DNA from: Verrucomicrobiota bacterium
Lineage (GTDB): Bacteria; Verrucomicrobiota; Verrucomicrobiia; Chthoniobacterales; JAFAMB01
Length of the DNA: 64,000 nucleotides
NCBI GenBank assembly: GCA_019247695.1
Contig: JAFBAP010000183.1
Span: 301-64,300 of the forward strand
Direction: 5' to 3'
Part shown: positions 26,610 through 37,307 of the stretch, piece by piece
How the letters are laid out: the number at the start of each line of letters is the position of its first letter
How positions within the stretch are numbered: position 1 is the stretch's first letter
The notes under the pieces: model-generated
Databases searched by the model: none
What the model saw: the letters and a program-made list of their open reading frames with translations, nothing else
What the model was told of the DNA's origin: nothing
Program-made: the position numbers and the translations under genes

Positions 26610-27544
26610 GCGAAGCTGCTGACGACCAATCGCCGGCGCAAGCCCGAGCGCGGGTTTCGGCCGTGATTCCCACCAGGAACCGCAAGGAACTGCTGCGCCG
26701 GGTATTACACGCCTTGCAGGCACAGACCGTCCGCTCGGAAATCATCTGCGTCGATGACGGTTCGACCGATGGCACAGCCGCGATGCTGGGCGCCGAGTTC
26801 CCGCAGGTCAGGACGTTGCGCCGGGAAGTAAGTCGCGGACCGGCCGCCGCCCGCAACGCCGGCGCGAGGGCCGCCACCGGCGAATTTCTTCTGACCCTGG
26901 ACGATGACTGCGTCCTCACGACCACCGACGCCATCGAACGGACCCTGGAACTGTTTGACCGCCCGGAGATTGCCGGGGTTACGCTGCCGTTCGTAAACGT
27001 CCGGCTGGACCGCCGGATCACGACGGCTGCACCGCAGGCCGGCGGCACTTTTGTGACCACGGACTATTACGCCGGCATGGTCATCCTCCGGCGCGACAAC
27101 TTCCTGCAGGCGGGCGGGTATCGGGAACCGTTTTTCATGCACCACGAGGAAGCTGATCTCGCCATCCGCCTGCTGGACAAACGGCGCTTTATCCGGAACG
27201 GGTTTCAGGCTCTGATCGACCATCACGAATCGCCGGTGCGAGACCGGCTGAAGCTCTGGCGGCTCGGCGCGCAGAACGCCGTTCTCTTTGCGATCTACAA
27301 TGTGCCCTGGCCGTGGTTCCCGATTCACCTCGGATCGACCATCGTCAAAACACTCGTTTACGCCTGGCGTCGCGACGGCGCGGTTCCCGTGGTGCAAGGC
27401 TTTTGTGCGGCCATCCCGATCGCGCGGCGGACCCTCGGGCTGCGGGCCCCGGTTAGGAGCCGGACTTACCTCGCCTTCCGCACCCTTAAGAACGGCGGGC
27501 ACCTACCCCTGGATTGCATGCAGGAGTTGTTAGGCCATGGTTGA
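26606..27544 (+). CDS. Glycosyltransferase family 2
   Basis: ATG at 26606 (ATGA overlap with the upstream stop). Motifs VSAVIPTRNRKELL, IICVDDGSTDGT and LLTLDDD. Confidence 0.85.
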   Translation: MSEAADDQSPAQARARVSAVIPTRNRKELLRRVLHALQAQTVRSEIICVDDGSTDGTAAMLGAEFPQVRTLRREVSRGPAAARNAGARAATGEFLLTLDDDCVLTTTDAIERTLELFDRPEIAGVTLPFVNVRLDRRITTAAPQAGGTFVTTDYYAGMVILRRDNFLQAGGYREPFFMHHEEADLAIRLLDKRRFIRNGFQALIDHHESPVRDRLKLWRLGAQNAVLFAIYNVPWPWFPIHLGSTIVKTLVYAWRRDGAVPVVQGFCAAIPIARRTLGLRAPVRSRTYLAFRTLKNGGHLPLDCMQELLGHG

Positions 27545-28694
27545 TCTCGCGTTTGCCGCTACCAACCCTTGTCACCTCTACCCGCTCGCGCAGGCGACGA
27601 CGGCGCTCGGGGTTCACACGACGTTCTACAGCGGCTATCCCGCGTGGCGGCTGGAGGAACCGCACCCCACCCGCCTGCGGACTCACAGCCTGCGAACCGT
27701 TGTCACTTACGGGCTCCTGCGGATACCCGAACGTTTCCGGCCGCGTGCCCGGACCCTTTTTGTGTGGCAGGACCGGCATTTCGATCGGTGGGTGGCCGGC
27801 GCGCTGGCCAGACACCATTTCGTGCACGCTATCCCGGGCCAGGCCGGGGAGATCTTCCGCCGGGCCAAAACCCTCGGGGTCACGACGGTGCTGAATCATG
27901 CCACGGGCCCGTCGCGCCATTGGGTGCAGGTCATGCGCCGGGAGTACGAAAAGGCGGGACTCTCCATCGAGCGAGCGACCGTTTACGACGCTGCTTTCCG
28001 GCGCCGGGAGGAGGAAGAGTATGCCCTGGCCGATCGGCACTGCGCGGCTTCAACCGTCGTGCGCGATCAACTCGTCGCATTCGGCGTCCGGCCGGAACGG
28101 ATCTGGGTTGTGCCTTACGGCGCGGCCCCCGACGTCTTCTTTCCGGCTTCGGATGAGGGCAGCCCCGGCACGTTCCGGATCCTTTTCGCCGGCCAGGTCA
28201 GTTTGCGCAAGGACCTTGGCACCCTGCTCCGCGCTTTGGAAAAGGTTGGGCGGCCGGACTGGGCGCTTGATGTTTTCGGAGGCGTCGGTGACGAGGTTAA
28301 AGCCGAGCTTGCCGGCTATCGCGGCGCTACCCCGCTGACGGTTCACGGGCCGGTGAGCCAGCGACGGTTGGCGGACGAGATGAGGCGATCCTCGGTCCTG
28401 GTGTTGCCTTCTCTGGAAGAGGGGTTCGGCCTGGTGGTAGTTCAGGCATTAGCCTGCGGAACACCGTGCGTGGTGAGTGATGCCGTGGGCGCCAGAGATT
28501 TGATCGATATAAGGATAAACGGTTCCGTATTTCCGGCCAGGGCCCCAGACGCGTTAGCGGTGGAGCTCGAGTTCTGGGCCGGCCAACCAACACGAGTAGA
28601 CGGCGATTATTCCTGGACCGGTCCGGCCAGGGCCCTTTACCGCCTCTCCGAGCACGCGCTCGGCAGTTCGGTCGCTTCGGTATCAGCCTCATAG
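27537..28694 (+). CDS. Glycosyltransferase family 4
   Basis: Motifs FRILFAGQVSLRKD and LVLPSLEEGFGLVVVQALACGTPCVVSD. 8-nt overlap with the upstream gene. Confidence 0.8.
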   Translation: MVDLAFAATNPCHLYPLAQATTALGVHTTFYSGYPAWRLEEPHPTRLRTHSLRTVVTYGLLRIPERFRPRARTLFVWQDRHFDRWVAGALARHHFVHAIPGQAGEIFRRAKTLGVTTVLNHATGPSRHWVQVMRREYEKAGLSIERATVYDAAFRRREEEEYALADRHCAASTVVRDQLVAFGVRPERIWVVPYGAAPDVFFPASDEGSPGTFRILFAGQVSLRKDLGTLLRALEKVGRPDWALDVFGGVGDEVKAELAGYRGATPLTVHGPVSQRRLADEMRRSSVLVLPSLEEGFGLVVVQALACGTPCVVSDAVGARDLIDIRINGSVFPARAPDALAVELEFWAGQPTRVDGDYSWTGPARALYRLSEHALGSSVASVSAS

Positions 28695-28701
28695 GAGCCT
28701 C

Positions 28702-30180
28702 ATGATTGACGGAACGAAACTTGTTTCCCGCCCGAATGGCGAAGCTACCGTTTGCTGGCTGGCGGGCCTCTTCCTCTCGTACTTCATGCTTTTCGGCGAG
28801 ACGTCCACCGAGGTCGCCTCCCACGGCGCCCTGTGCCTGGCCGGCACCTTCGCCGTGGCGACAGGCTTCGAAACCGTGCGCAATTGGAAAGCCCTCCTCC
28901 GGCCTGATATTGTTGCGTTGCTGGCGCTGTACGGCCTGACTTTCTTTGAGTTCCTCCTGCCCCAGCCGGAGGTAAACGAAATGGTTCACGCCAAATCGAT
29001 GCACACCGCGTGCGCCCTGGCGTTTCTGGCTTTCGGATCCATGGTGGTGGGCCGGCACTTCGCACCGCGCGCCCCGAAATTCCTGGAAGACCTGGTCCAG
29101 AGGCCGACGCCGCCGCGGGTCCTGCTTACCGTCTTCTGGCTCAGCTTTTTCCTGGGCACCTTCTACATGCTGCTGGCCGTCAATTTCAACGTCCTCAAGA
29201 TGATCGACGCGATGATGGGACCGCGCTTCACCCAGCCTTGGGGCCGTGGACGGTACGGAGACGCTCGCGCCCTCCTCAATGAACTGGGCGCCATGGTCAA
29301 CCTGGTGCCGCCCGTCGCCGGGTTGATCCTGTCCAATCGGGAAAAATACCGGCCCTTGACCTGGATGGCGGTGGCGCTCGTTTACGCGTTTTGCCTGTTC
29401 ATGGGCCTCGCCGGCTCAACCCGCAACGTGCTGGCCGCCTACCTCATCACCTTTCTGATCGCTTACAGCCTTAGCCTCACCCGCAAACGGATCCTGGAAT
29501 TCGGCCTTCTATGCGTGTGCGCCGCCGCCGGCTTTTTCGTCTCTTCAAAAATTATGCTCGAGACCCGCACGGTGGGTTTGAAAGGTTACCTCAGGATGCG
29601 ATCCGAGGCGCGGGCCATGCCGAAGCTCAGCGTTGGGGTTTCTGAGACTGAGAGCTTTTTCGTGGACCTCAACCTGGTTAACGTGGCCCAGTTGGCGGAG
29701 GTTTTTCCGTCCGCGCACGACTTTCTGGGCTTGGAAGTGCCATACGTCGCCCTCACCCACCCCATCCCGCGGGCCCTCTGGCCGGGCAAGCCGGAAGGGT
29801 TAAGCGTGTCGATGGAGGACGCACTCGGGGTCGATCCGCAAATGACCATCTCTTCAACCTACATCGGTGAAGCTTACATGGCCGGCGGCGCTTTGGCCGT
29901 CGTCATCACCGGGCTGCTCTTCGGTGCGCTGACGGGCTGGTGGGCTCGTTTCGCCGTTGGCTTGTCTTCAGGTCTCGGCCTTCTGATTTACGCTTCCGGC
30001 TTCCTGGCCATCGCCATTTCCATGCGCAGCCTTTACGTGTTCAGCGTGGCTATCCTGCCGACGATTGCCGCCATGGTCCTGGCCATGCTGTTAAACCCAA
30101 AACCCAGGCGCGAACCGCGCGGGACGGCGTTAGGGCCGCTTTTCGACGCGCAGGATCATCACGCAGGCGCCGGCCGCTGA
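28702..30180 (+). CDS. Polytopic membrane protein, Wzy / O-antigen-ligase-like polymerase candidate
   Basis: 492 aa and highly hydrophobic. GLAGSTRNVLAAYL resembles the Wzy_C SR(G/N) block. AGGAG sits 5 nt upstream of the ATG. Confidence 0.6.
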   Translation: MIDGTKLVSRPNGEATVCWLAGLFLSYFMLFGETSTEVASHGALCLAGTFAVATGFETVRNWKALLRPDIVALLALYGLTFFEFLLPQPEVNEMVHAKSMHTACALAFLAFGSMVVGRHFAPRAPKFLEDLVQRPTPPRVLLTVFWLSFFLGTFYMLLAVNFNVLKMIDAMMGPRFTQPWGRGRYGDARALLNELGAMVNLVPPVAGLILSNREKYRPLTWMAVALVYAFCLFMGLAGSTRNVLAAYLITFLIAYSLSLTRKRILEFGLLCVCAAAGFFVSSKIMLETRTVGLKGYLRMRSEARAMPKLSVGVSETESFFVDLNLVNVAQLAEVFPSAHDFLGLEVPYVALTHPIPRALWPGKPEGLSVSMEDALGVDPQMTISSTYIGEAYMAGGALAVVITGLLFGALTGWWARFAVGLSSGLGLLIYASGFLAIAISMRSLYVFSVAILPTIAAMVLAMLLNPKPRREPRGTALGPLFDAQDHHAGAGR

Positions 30181-30199
30181 GGGGCTTCTCGCAACGGAC

Positions 30200-31312
30200 A
30201 TGCACACTTTTGATCTCGGCGTCATTTCGGTCGTACCGTCGCCTTACCAGCGCGACCTCTTTCGCGCCCTGAACGCCCGGCCCGACCTGCGGCTGCAGGT
30301 TTACTACCTTGAAGCGAGCGCCCCGGATTCTCCCTGGCCGCAAGTGCCGCTGCAGCCGTACGAAACGATCCTACCCGGCTTCTGGTTCTCGATCGCCGGC
30401 GCCAGATTCCACGTCGTGACAAAGATGCCTTCGCTCAAACGGCACGATTTTGTAGCGCTGAATTCGCTGACTTCATCGGTTGCGCAATGGCTGCTGCGGT
30501 TCCGGCCAAAGCGCCAGCGGCTGCTTTTCTGGGCCGAGGCACTCCGGGACCAATGCAGCTCAGGGCGGGCCCGCATCCAGCGCGTCTTATCCGACCCCAT
30601 CCGCAACGTCGATGCGATCGTCGCGATCGGCTCGCGCGCGCAAGCGGCTTACCAGGGCCGTTTTCCAGGCACCCCTTGCTTCAATGTCCCCTACCATTGC
30701 GATCTGGCGGCCTTCTCCAAACGGCCGCCTAAAACCGATCCCTCAACCGATCCCTTGCATGCCGGGATGGTTTTTCTGTTTTGCGGCCAGTTGATCGCGC
30801 GCAAGGGCGTAGACGTTTTGCTGGAGGCATTTGACCAGCTGATTCGAAACGGACACCGCGCCCGCTTGCGGCTGGCGGGGCGCCGGGCGGACCTGGACCG
30901 CATGCTCGCCAACCTCTCCATCGCCACTCGGGAACGGATCAGCTACGAAGGTTTCTCTGACCCCGAGCACCTGCCGCAACTCTTTTCCGAGGCGGATGTG
31001 TTTGTGCTGCCGAGCCGTTACGACGGCTGGGGGGTGGTCGTCAACCAAGCCCTGGGTGCGGGCCTGCCCGTGATTTGTTCCGAAGCGGTGGGAGCCGGCG
31101 TTGACCTGATCAAACCCGGCGTTAACGGGATCCGCTTTGCCACCGGCCGGAGTGCGGCGCTCGCCGGCGCGATGGAGCATTTCATCACCCGGCCGCACCT
31201 GCTCCGCCAGTACGGGGCGGCTTCCCGGAAAATGGCCATGGATTGGACGCCGGTTCGTGGTGCGGAAAAGTGGGTGACGGTCCTTTCTGATCTCAGCAAC
31301 AGCCCCCGGTGA
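30200..31312 (+). CDS. Glycosyltransferase family 4
   Basis: Motifs LFCGQLIARKGVDVLL and FVLPSRYDGWGVVVNQALGAGLPVICS. Confidence 0.85.
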   Translation: MHTFDLGVISVVPSPYQRDLFRALNARPDLRLQVYYLEASAPDSPWPQVPLQPYETILPGFWFSIAGARFHVVTKMPSLKRHDFVALNSLTSSVAQWLLRFRPKRQRLLFWAEALRDQCSSGRARIQRVLSDPIRNVDAIVAIGSRAQAAYQGRFPGTPCFNVPYHCDLAAFSKRPPKTDPSTDPLHAGMVFLFCGQLIARKGVDVLLEAFDQLIRNGHRARLRLAGRRADLDRMLANLSIATRERISYEGFSDPEHLPQLFSEADVFVLPSRYDGWGVVVNQALGAGLPVICSEAVGAGVDLIKPGVNGIRFATGRSAALAGAMEHFITRPHLLRQYGAASRKMAMDWTPVRGAEKWVTVLSDLSNSPR

Positions 31313-32466
31313 TGCGAATCCTCCTTGTTTCTTCCAGTTCGGGATCGCGGGGTGGCGGCGAGCTTTTCCTCCTGAGCCTGGCGGAGTCGCTGCGCGGCCT
31401 GGGCCACGAACCGGGCCTGTGGGCTTCGGACCACCCGCGCATGGACGAACTTGCACGCAGGTTCGTCCCGATCGGGCCGGTACACCGGGAGTCCTACCTT
31501 AATACGTACGACCGCCGGCTTCGCTCGTTCAGTGATGCCGTCGACCTCCGGTCCGGCCGGCGCGTGGCGGCTGCCTGGAGAAAACTTGCGCCGGACGTCG
31601 TTCACCTGAACAAACAGAACCTCGAAGACGGGCTCGACTTGATCTGGGCCGCACGCTTCGCCTCCCTGGCGACGGTCTGCACCATCCACGTAACCCAGAC
31701 CGCCCGGTACCTGAACGCCCGCCACGGCTGGGCGCGCGACGCGGTAGCGCGCGCCCTCCTGCACCGGTACCCGGGCCGGCTGGTCGCCATCGGCGCAAGC
31801 CGCCGGTCAGACCTGAATCGTTTTCTGGGATGGCGCAACGGCCGAAGCGCCACCCTCGTGGAGAATGGTGTAACGCTCCCGAGCCGGCAGAGGCTGAGCC
31901 GTCTCCGGCAGGAAACGCGGCTGCGACTCGGCCTGCACGACGGCCATTTGCTCGGCCTTGGGGTAGGCCGCATGGTCGAGCAGAAACGGCCCCTGTTATT
32001 TCTTGAGCATGCCGCGCAGGTTGCCGCCGTTGAACCTCGGGCCAGGTTTTGCTGGGTAGGGGACGGACCGCTTCGGCCGCAATGGGATGCCGAGGTTATC
32101 AGGCACGCATTGGACGAGCGCGTGTTGACCCCCGGTTGGGCACAGGACGTGCTCCCCTATTACGCCGCAGCCGATTTTTTGCTGCATGCCGCTGCGTACG
32201 AAGGCCTTCCATTGGCACTGCTGGAAGGGATGGCGGCGGGTCTGCCGTGCGTGGTGACGTCTAATTTGTATGATGATTTAGAATTTTTAAAATCTGCAGG
32301 CGTCCTCCGCGCGGGTGAAGAAGGGTGGATCACCACGCTTGCCTGCAGCTCCCGCAGACAAGCACTCGGCGAGCGCTGCCGCGACCTCGCGGCGCGCCAA
32401 TATTCGGTCGAGCGCATGGCGCGGGATTACATCTACCTGTACGAACTGGCCACCGCGGCGAATTAA
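31312..32466 (+). CDS. Glycosyltransferase family 4
   Basis: ATG at 31312 (TGATG overlap). Motifs MRILLVSSSSGSRGGGE and AAYEGLPLALLEGMAAGLPCVVT. Confidence 0.85.
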   Translation: MRILLVSSSSGSRGGGELFLLSLAESLRGLGHEPGLWASDHPRMDELARRFVPIGPVHRESYLNTYDRRLRSFSDAVDLRSGRRVAAAWRKLAPDVVHLNKQNLEDGLDLIWAARFASLATVCTIHVTQTARYLNARHGWARDAVARALLHRYPGRLVAIGASRRSDLNRFLGWRNGRSATLVENGVTLPSRQRLSRLRQETRLRLGLHDGHLLGLGVGRMVEQKRPLLFLEHAAQVAAVEPRARFCWVGDGPLRPQWDAEVIRHALDERVLTPGWAQDVLPYYAAADFLLHAAAYEGLPLALLEGMAAGLPCVVTSNLYDDLEFLKSAGVLRAGEEGWITTLACSSRRQALGERCRDLAARQYSVERMARDYIYLYELATAAN

Positions 32467-32467
32467 T

Positions 32468-33541
32468 ATGCGCATCGGTTATTTTATTCCACCCGCGCCG
32501 CTGCGCGCCGGAGGCTTGGATCTGGCCATCGCCGGTTTAGCCAGAGAACTGCCCCTTGCCGGCCTTGAAATTGTAGTCGAACCCGCCACGCTCGACGGCC
32601 TGGATGCAGTACACCTGCACGGCCTGTGGCAACCCCGGTTTATCCGACTCGCCCGCGAGTGCCGCCGGCGCGGATTGCGCTACGTCGTGTCCCCACACGG
32701 CATGCTGGAACCGTGGGCATGGCGGCATCGCTGGTGGAAAAAGTGGCCCTACTTTTACCTTCGGGAACGTTCGGTGCTGAACCGGGCCGGCGCGCTTCTG
32801 GCAACAAGCCGGATTGAAGCCTCCAACCTGCGACGGTTCAGGTTCAGCCCCTCCATCGTTACCTTACCGCTCGGATTAACCTGCTCGAAACAAGTAAGTT
32901 ATAAGGAAGCGCGCGCCGGCCTGGGTTGGGCGGCGCATGAGTTCGTGCTGCTTTACCTTTCCCGTCTTCACCCCAAAAAGGGCATGCACCTGCTGCTCGC
33001 GGCCCTCACCAGCCTGAACCTGGATCCAGACGCTTACCGGCTCGTTGTGGTGGGCGACGGCCCGGAAGCTTACACCCGCCGCCTCAAAAGAATAGCGAAG
33101 GCAAATCAGGCACAACTGCCCCGCATTGACTGGCTTCCGGCCGTTTGGGACGACCGCAAGTGGAGTTACCTTCAAGGGGCGGATCTCTTCTGCCTTCCCA
33201 CTTATTCGGAGAACTTCGGGTTGGCGATTCTGGAAGCGTGTCAGGCAGGCACACCGGTTCTGACCACTCGCGAAACGCCCTGGGTTGAGTTCCTCGGCAG
33301 GCACGGTTTGCCGGTCGCAGGTCCCGACGCTGAATCGATCCGGGGATGCCTGACGCGCATTTTGCAGGCGGGCAAAATGCATCCTGTGCAGCGTGCTAAC
33401 CTGGCCTCAGCCACTCGCCGGGAATTTGGTTGGGAGCACCTCCGGCCGGGGTACCGTTCGTTGTACGAAGCAGCGTCGGAGTTCGGCGTTCCCGGTACGT
33501 TCAGGGGACCAAATGTTAATAGGGAGAATTTTAATCATTGA
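32468..33541 (+). CDS. Glycosyltransferase family 4
   Basis: ATG at 32468. Motifs LLYLSRLHPKKG and FCLPTYSENFGLAILEACQAGTPVLTT. Confidence 0.85.
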   Translation: MRIGYFIPPAPLRAGGLDLAIAGLARELPLAGLEIVVEPATLDGLDAVHLHGLWQPRFIRLARECRRRGLRYVVSPHGMLEPWAWRHRWWKKWPYFYLRERSVLNRAGALLATSRIEASNLRRFRFSPSIVTLPLGLTCSKQVSYKEARAGLGWAAHEFVLLYLSRLHPKKGMHLLLAALTSLNLDPDAYRLVVVGDGPEAYTRRLKRIAKANQAQLPRIDWLPAVWDDRKWSYLQGADLFCLPTYSENFGLAILEACQAGTPVLTTRETPWVEFLGRHGLPVAGPDAESIRGCLTRILQAGKMHPVQRANLASATRREFGWEHLRPGYRSLYEAASEFGVPGTFRGPNVNRENFNH

Positions 33542-33670
33542 TTTTATAAAGGATATGGGATATGCGGGTCGAACCATCCCACGAGCCGCTCGTTCGCCGC
33601 TGCGTCTTGGAAATGATACCGGCCTTTGATAGCCGCTTCAGTCTCGTAAAAAGGAGGCATTCCGGGGTTT

Positions 33671-35083
33671 ATGCCAATGATGTCGACAGGAAGTTTATCA
33701 AATTTAACGCTAAGGAGGACAGGCGCGCCGAACGTTTATGAACGGCGCACTGGGCTAGGCTGGGGAATCAGCTGGTTACCGGCGTTTACACTGGTCAGTA
33801 ACGATCTGCTTGCATGGCCGGCTATCTTCCTGATCTTTTCCGAGCTCCGAACGCTGCTGTTCGGGACACCGGGCGAGATTGTCTGGCAGATGATAGTTAT
33901 CCCGGCGATTGTCACCGTACTGACTTTCCACATCCTGGGCGGGTATGACCGGCGTACCAACATGCTCAGCTTGTCTTATTCGGTTGAACACTTTCTGGGT
34001 CTGGCGGTCGCCATGATGGTTTCGGCCACATTGGTTTATGGCCTGTGCACTTTCGGCTCGGTCACCCAGCAGCCCAGCCGCCTGTTTTTCTTCCTGGCGT
34101 TCCTGGTGTTTGGCGTCCATGCCCTGGCGACCCGCCGGTGGATCACGGGGGCGTTGCGCACTCACCATGCGGGCCGCCATTTTGTTCTCCTGGCCGCCGC
34201 CGACAGCGCGGCGCGGTTTGCCGTCCTTTTCGGACAGCGGAGGATGGATCAGGAGCTGCGGACTTTTTCCGACTTCGAGGATGCCTTCCCGCACCTGAAC
34301 GCAAATGCCGACGGCCTGATCATCGGGTATAAGCCATCCAGCCTGGACCCGCAGTTGGGGCAGTTTCTGGCTTACGTGCACTTCCGGCACATCCCGGTCT
34401 ACACGCTCGAATCGTTCCATGAAACGTTCTGGCGGCAGGTTCCCGTCCAAAGCATCGAAGCCTGGTGGGCGTTCGCGCGCGAGTCGCTGCTGGTTCGCGA
34501 TTCAATCTACGATCACGTTAAACGCGTTTTCGATTTTGCGGTCGCGGTAGCCGGTTTGATCTTTTGTGCGCCGCTGATGCTGCTGACTGCTCTCGTGGTG
34601 CGTCTCGAAAGCCCGGGTCCGGCGATCTTTCGGCAGACGCGGATCGGGCGTGATGGCCGGCCTTTCACGCTTTTCAAGTTTCGCTCGATGCGCAAAGGCG
34701 CCGAGACCGGCTCGATCTACACGGAAGACCGGGATCCGCGCGTGACGCGGATCGGGCAAATCCTGCGCAAGACCCGCATGGATGAACTTCCGCAGCTCTG
34801 GAACGTGCTTCGCGGCGATATGAGCATCATCGGGCCGCGGGCAGAGTGGATCAAATGCGTGGAACGTTATGACGGCGCAATCCCGTTTTATGGTTATCGT
34901 CACCTGGTCCGCCCGGGCATTACCGGTTGGGCCCAGGTTAACTATTCCTATGGGTCCAGCAGTGAGGATGCCGAAGAAAAACTGAAGTACGATCTCTATT
35001 ATATCCGGCACTATTCGATGGCGCTTGACTTCGCGATCATCCTGAAGACGCTGCAGACCGTGTTATTTGCCAAGGGCCGTTAG
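33671..35083 (+). CDS. Priming polyprenyl-phosphate sugar-phosphate transferase (WbaP/EpsL-type bacterial sugar transferase)
   Basis: N-terminal TM region plus C-terminal [22 protein letters not shown]...[24 protein letters not shown]...[20 protein letters not shown]. Confidence 0.9.
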   Translation: MPMMSTGSLSNLTLRRTGAPNVYERRTGLGWGISWLPAFTLVSNDLLAWPAIFLIFSELRTLLFGTPGEIVWQMIVIPAIVTVLTFHILGGYDRRTNMLSLSYSVEHFLGLAVAMMVSATLVYGLCTFGSVTQQPSRLFFFLAFLVFGVHALATRRWITGALRTHHAGRHFVLLAAADSAARFAVLFGQRRMDQELRTFSDFEDAFPHLNANADGLIIGYKPSSLDPQLGQFLAYVHFRHIPVYTLESFHETFWRQVPVQSIEAWWAFARESLLVRDSIYDHVKRVFDFAVAVAGLIFCAPLMLLTALVVRLESPGPAIFRQTRIGRDGRPFTLFKFRSMRKGAETGSIYTEDRDPRVTRIGQILRKTRMDELPQLWNVLRGDMSIIGPRAEWIKCVERYDGAIPFYGYRHLVRPGITGWAQVNYSYGSSSEDAEEKLKYDLYYIRHYSMALDFAIILKTLQTVLFAKGR

Positions 35084-35311
35084 TTAATCCGGTCGGGAAC
35101 AGGCCGTTAAATTCACTCATTCGCACCGTATAGAGACTTCTTTAACGAACGCATTTTTGTCCGTGCGCCGCGGCTCCCCTTCCCGTTTACAGGCCCGCGC
35201 CCGGGTCTCGTCCCGCCGGGAACGTCCGGCGGCGTGCCGTCTGCAACGGGCAGACCTGAATCCACGATGATCCCAGTCGTCACCACGCCAGGTCCGGCAG
35301 CTGCGCCCTTG

Positions 35312-36637
35312 ATGAAAGGATGGTCCCGCGCGTTGGGAATCGGCGCCCTGATGTTCCTGCTCGTCTCAGGCCCGGCCGCTCAGGCCCAGGAACCGGTACG
35401 CGCGTCCCTCTCGCGCGCACTCGGCGCCGCTGATTTCGAGCCTTATACCGAAAGCGCGCTGGTGAGGTTCGGGCCCGTGCAAGGCAACCTGGACGCCGGC
35501 GTATCCCTCTTCTATATCGATAACGCCGCCCTCTCGAACACCTCCACCAGTCCGCGGCTGCAGTTAAATGAAACTCTTAACCTGGACCTGCTTTGGCCAT
35601 TCACAATCCACAACTCGCTCCACCTCCGCCTGGGTGCATCATTCGGACAGGTGCTGGCCGGCAGCGGGGGCAACCGGTTCAGCCTCGCCGTGGCGCCCGA
35701 TTCGCAAATCAGCTGGCTGGTGGGCATTGGGGATTTTCGGATCCGCCTGTATGATCGTTTTGCCCTGATTCAAGATCCGACTACCGACCCCACGGCCACC
35801 AACGTGTTCGACCTCAACCGTTTCCGCAACGACGTGGGCACCGCGGTTGACTGGGACCTGAACAAACTCGTGTTGACGCTGCTAATCGATGACACCTACG
35901 TCACCCAAAGTGCCCGCACCGATAACCAGATCCCCCTCACCTCCGTCACGAACGGCGACCGGAACACCATCCGCGGCAGCCTGCAAGCTGCGTACCAACT
36001 GACACCCACCGTCTCGTTCGGCCCGTCGTTTTCTGCGAGCCAGAGCTCAGGGACATCCGCAACCGAGGTCGACGCCATCAGCCCGGGTGCATTTCTGAAG
36101 ATGCAGCTCACACGTCTGACCAGCTTCCAACTCGAAGCAGGCGTGAACTTTTTCAGTGTACGTTACCCTGACGTCGGCGTGGTTTTCCTGAACGAGCCGC
36201 AGCCGCCCACGTCAGGTTACTACGTCAGTGCGGTGCTTAGAAATCAGCTGACCCGGCTCGTCAACCTGACCGCATCGGTCTCGCATGACCTGGATTATGC
36301 GGACGGGCTTACGCCCACGGAGCGCACCCTGGTCAGCATCGGCGCAAATTACCGCCTTAATAAACGCGTTTGGCTCAACCTCGAAGGCTATTACGAGGAT
36401 GGAACGGTGTTAAGCCCGCTGAACGGGGGCGATTACAGCCGATTCAGTATCCTCACGGGTATCACCTACCGGTTAGGTCTGAAGCTTTCAACCGCCGTGC
36501 AATACCGGTACACTCAACGGTCATCGAACAACGGCGGTTTCACTTTCGTCAGCAATGGGCGACTGGTCAGCGAGGCTGCCGGCAGCGGAAGTTACAATCA
36601 GAACGAGGTCACACTCAGTGTTAATTATGCGTTTTAG
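35312..36637 (+). CDS. Outer-membrane beta-barrel protein candidate
   Basis: ATG at 35312 gives signal peptide MKGWSRALGIGALMFLLVSGPAAQA. Alternating beta-strand-like composition, with C-terminal ...VTLSVNYAF (terminal Phe). Confidence 0.55.
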   Translation: MKGWSRALGIGALMFLLVSGPAAQAQEPVRASLSRALGAADFEPYTESALVRFGPVQGNLDAGVSLFYIDNAALSNTSTSPRLQLNETLNLDLLWPFTIHNSLHLRLGASFGQVLAGSGGNRFSLAVAPDSQISWLVGIGDFRIRLYDRFALIQDPTTDPTATNVFDLNRFRNDVGTAVDWDLNKLVLTLLIDDTYVTQSARTDNQIPLTSVTNGDRNTIRGSLQAAYQLTPTVSFGPSFSASQSSGTSATEVDAISPGAFLKMQLTRLTSFQLEAGVNFFSVRYPDVGVVFLNEPQPPTSGYYVSAVLRNQLTRLVNLTASVSHDLDYADGLTPTERTLVSIGANYRLNKRVWLNLEGYYEDGTVLSPLNGGDYSRFSILTGITYRLGLKLSTAVQYRYTQRSSNNGGFTFVSNGRLVSEAAGSGSYNQNEVTLSVNYAF

Positions 36638-37307
36638 TCACGTCCTGACCGTCTTTGCCGTCCTGGCGTTTTCTGCGAGCTCCGTCTCAGCTCAAGCCGT
36701 CCCGTCGGGAATTTCCACCGCGTCCACGACAAGCGGCATCTCGTCCATCGGTTTGACCGGGGTGGTTAAATCGATGGACCAACTCGACGGTATCACCCGC
36801 ATCAACATCGGCGACCAACTCAATTTCCGAATCGTCGAAGACGAGGAGCAACCCGTCAGCCTGACCGTCAGCGACTCCGGCCAGGTGGAAGTCCCTTATG
36901 CGGGCAAGGTACCGGCAGCCGGCAAAACCCCTCGCGAACTGGCGTACGACGTGAAACGCGTGCTGGAAAGCGGCCTTTACAAAAAGGCGACCGTGCTGAT
37001 CGCGCTCGACCGGCGTACGGTGCAGTCGCCCGGGACCATCTACCTGACCGGTGAAGTCAGCCGTCAGGGGCCGCTTGAAATCCCGGCCAACGAACAACTC
37101 ACCGTAACGACCGCCATCTTGCGCGCCGGCGGCTTTTCGGATTTCGCGAACCGGCGTAAAGTGAAAGTTCTCCGGAAGACCAGCTCCGGGGAGAAAGTCT
37201 ACCGCGTCGATGTGAAACAGGTACTGGACAAGGCACGCGGCGACCTCGATTTCACGGTGAAACCCGGTGATGTCATCATGGTGCCGGCACGTCTTATCAA
37301 CTGGTGA
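36627..37307 (+). CDS. Polysaccharide export protein (Wza-like; Poly_export + SLBB)
   Basis: ATG at 36627 with signal peptide MRFSHVLTVFAVLAFSASSVSAQA. Motifs GQVEVPYAGKVPAAGKTPRELAYDV and TAILRAGGFSDFA...PGDVIMVP. Confidence 0.8.
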   Translation: MRFSHVLTVFAVLAFSASSVSAQAVPSGISTASTTSGISSIGLTGVVKSMDQLDGITRINIGDQLNFRIVEDEEQPVSLTVSDSGQVEVPYAGKVPAAGKTPRELAYDVKRVLESGLYKKATVLIALDRRTVQSPGTIYLTGEVSRQGPLEIPANEQLTVTTAILRAGGFSDFANRRKVKVLRKTSSGEKVYRVDVKQVLDKARGDLDFTVKPGDVIMVPARLINW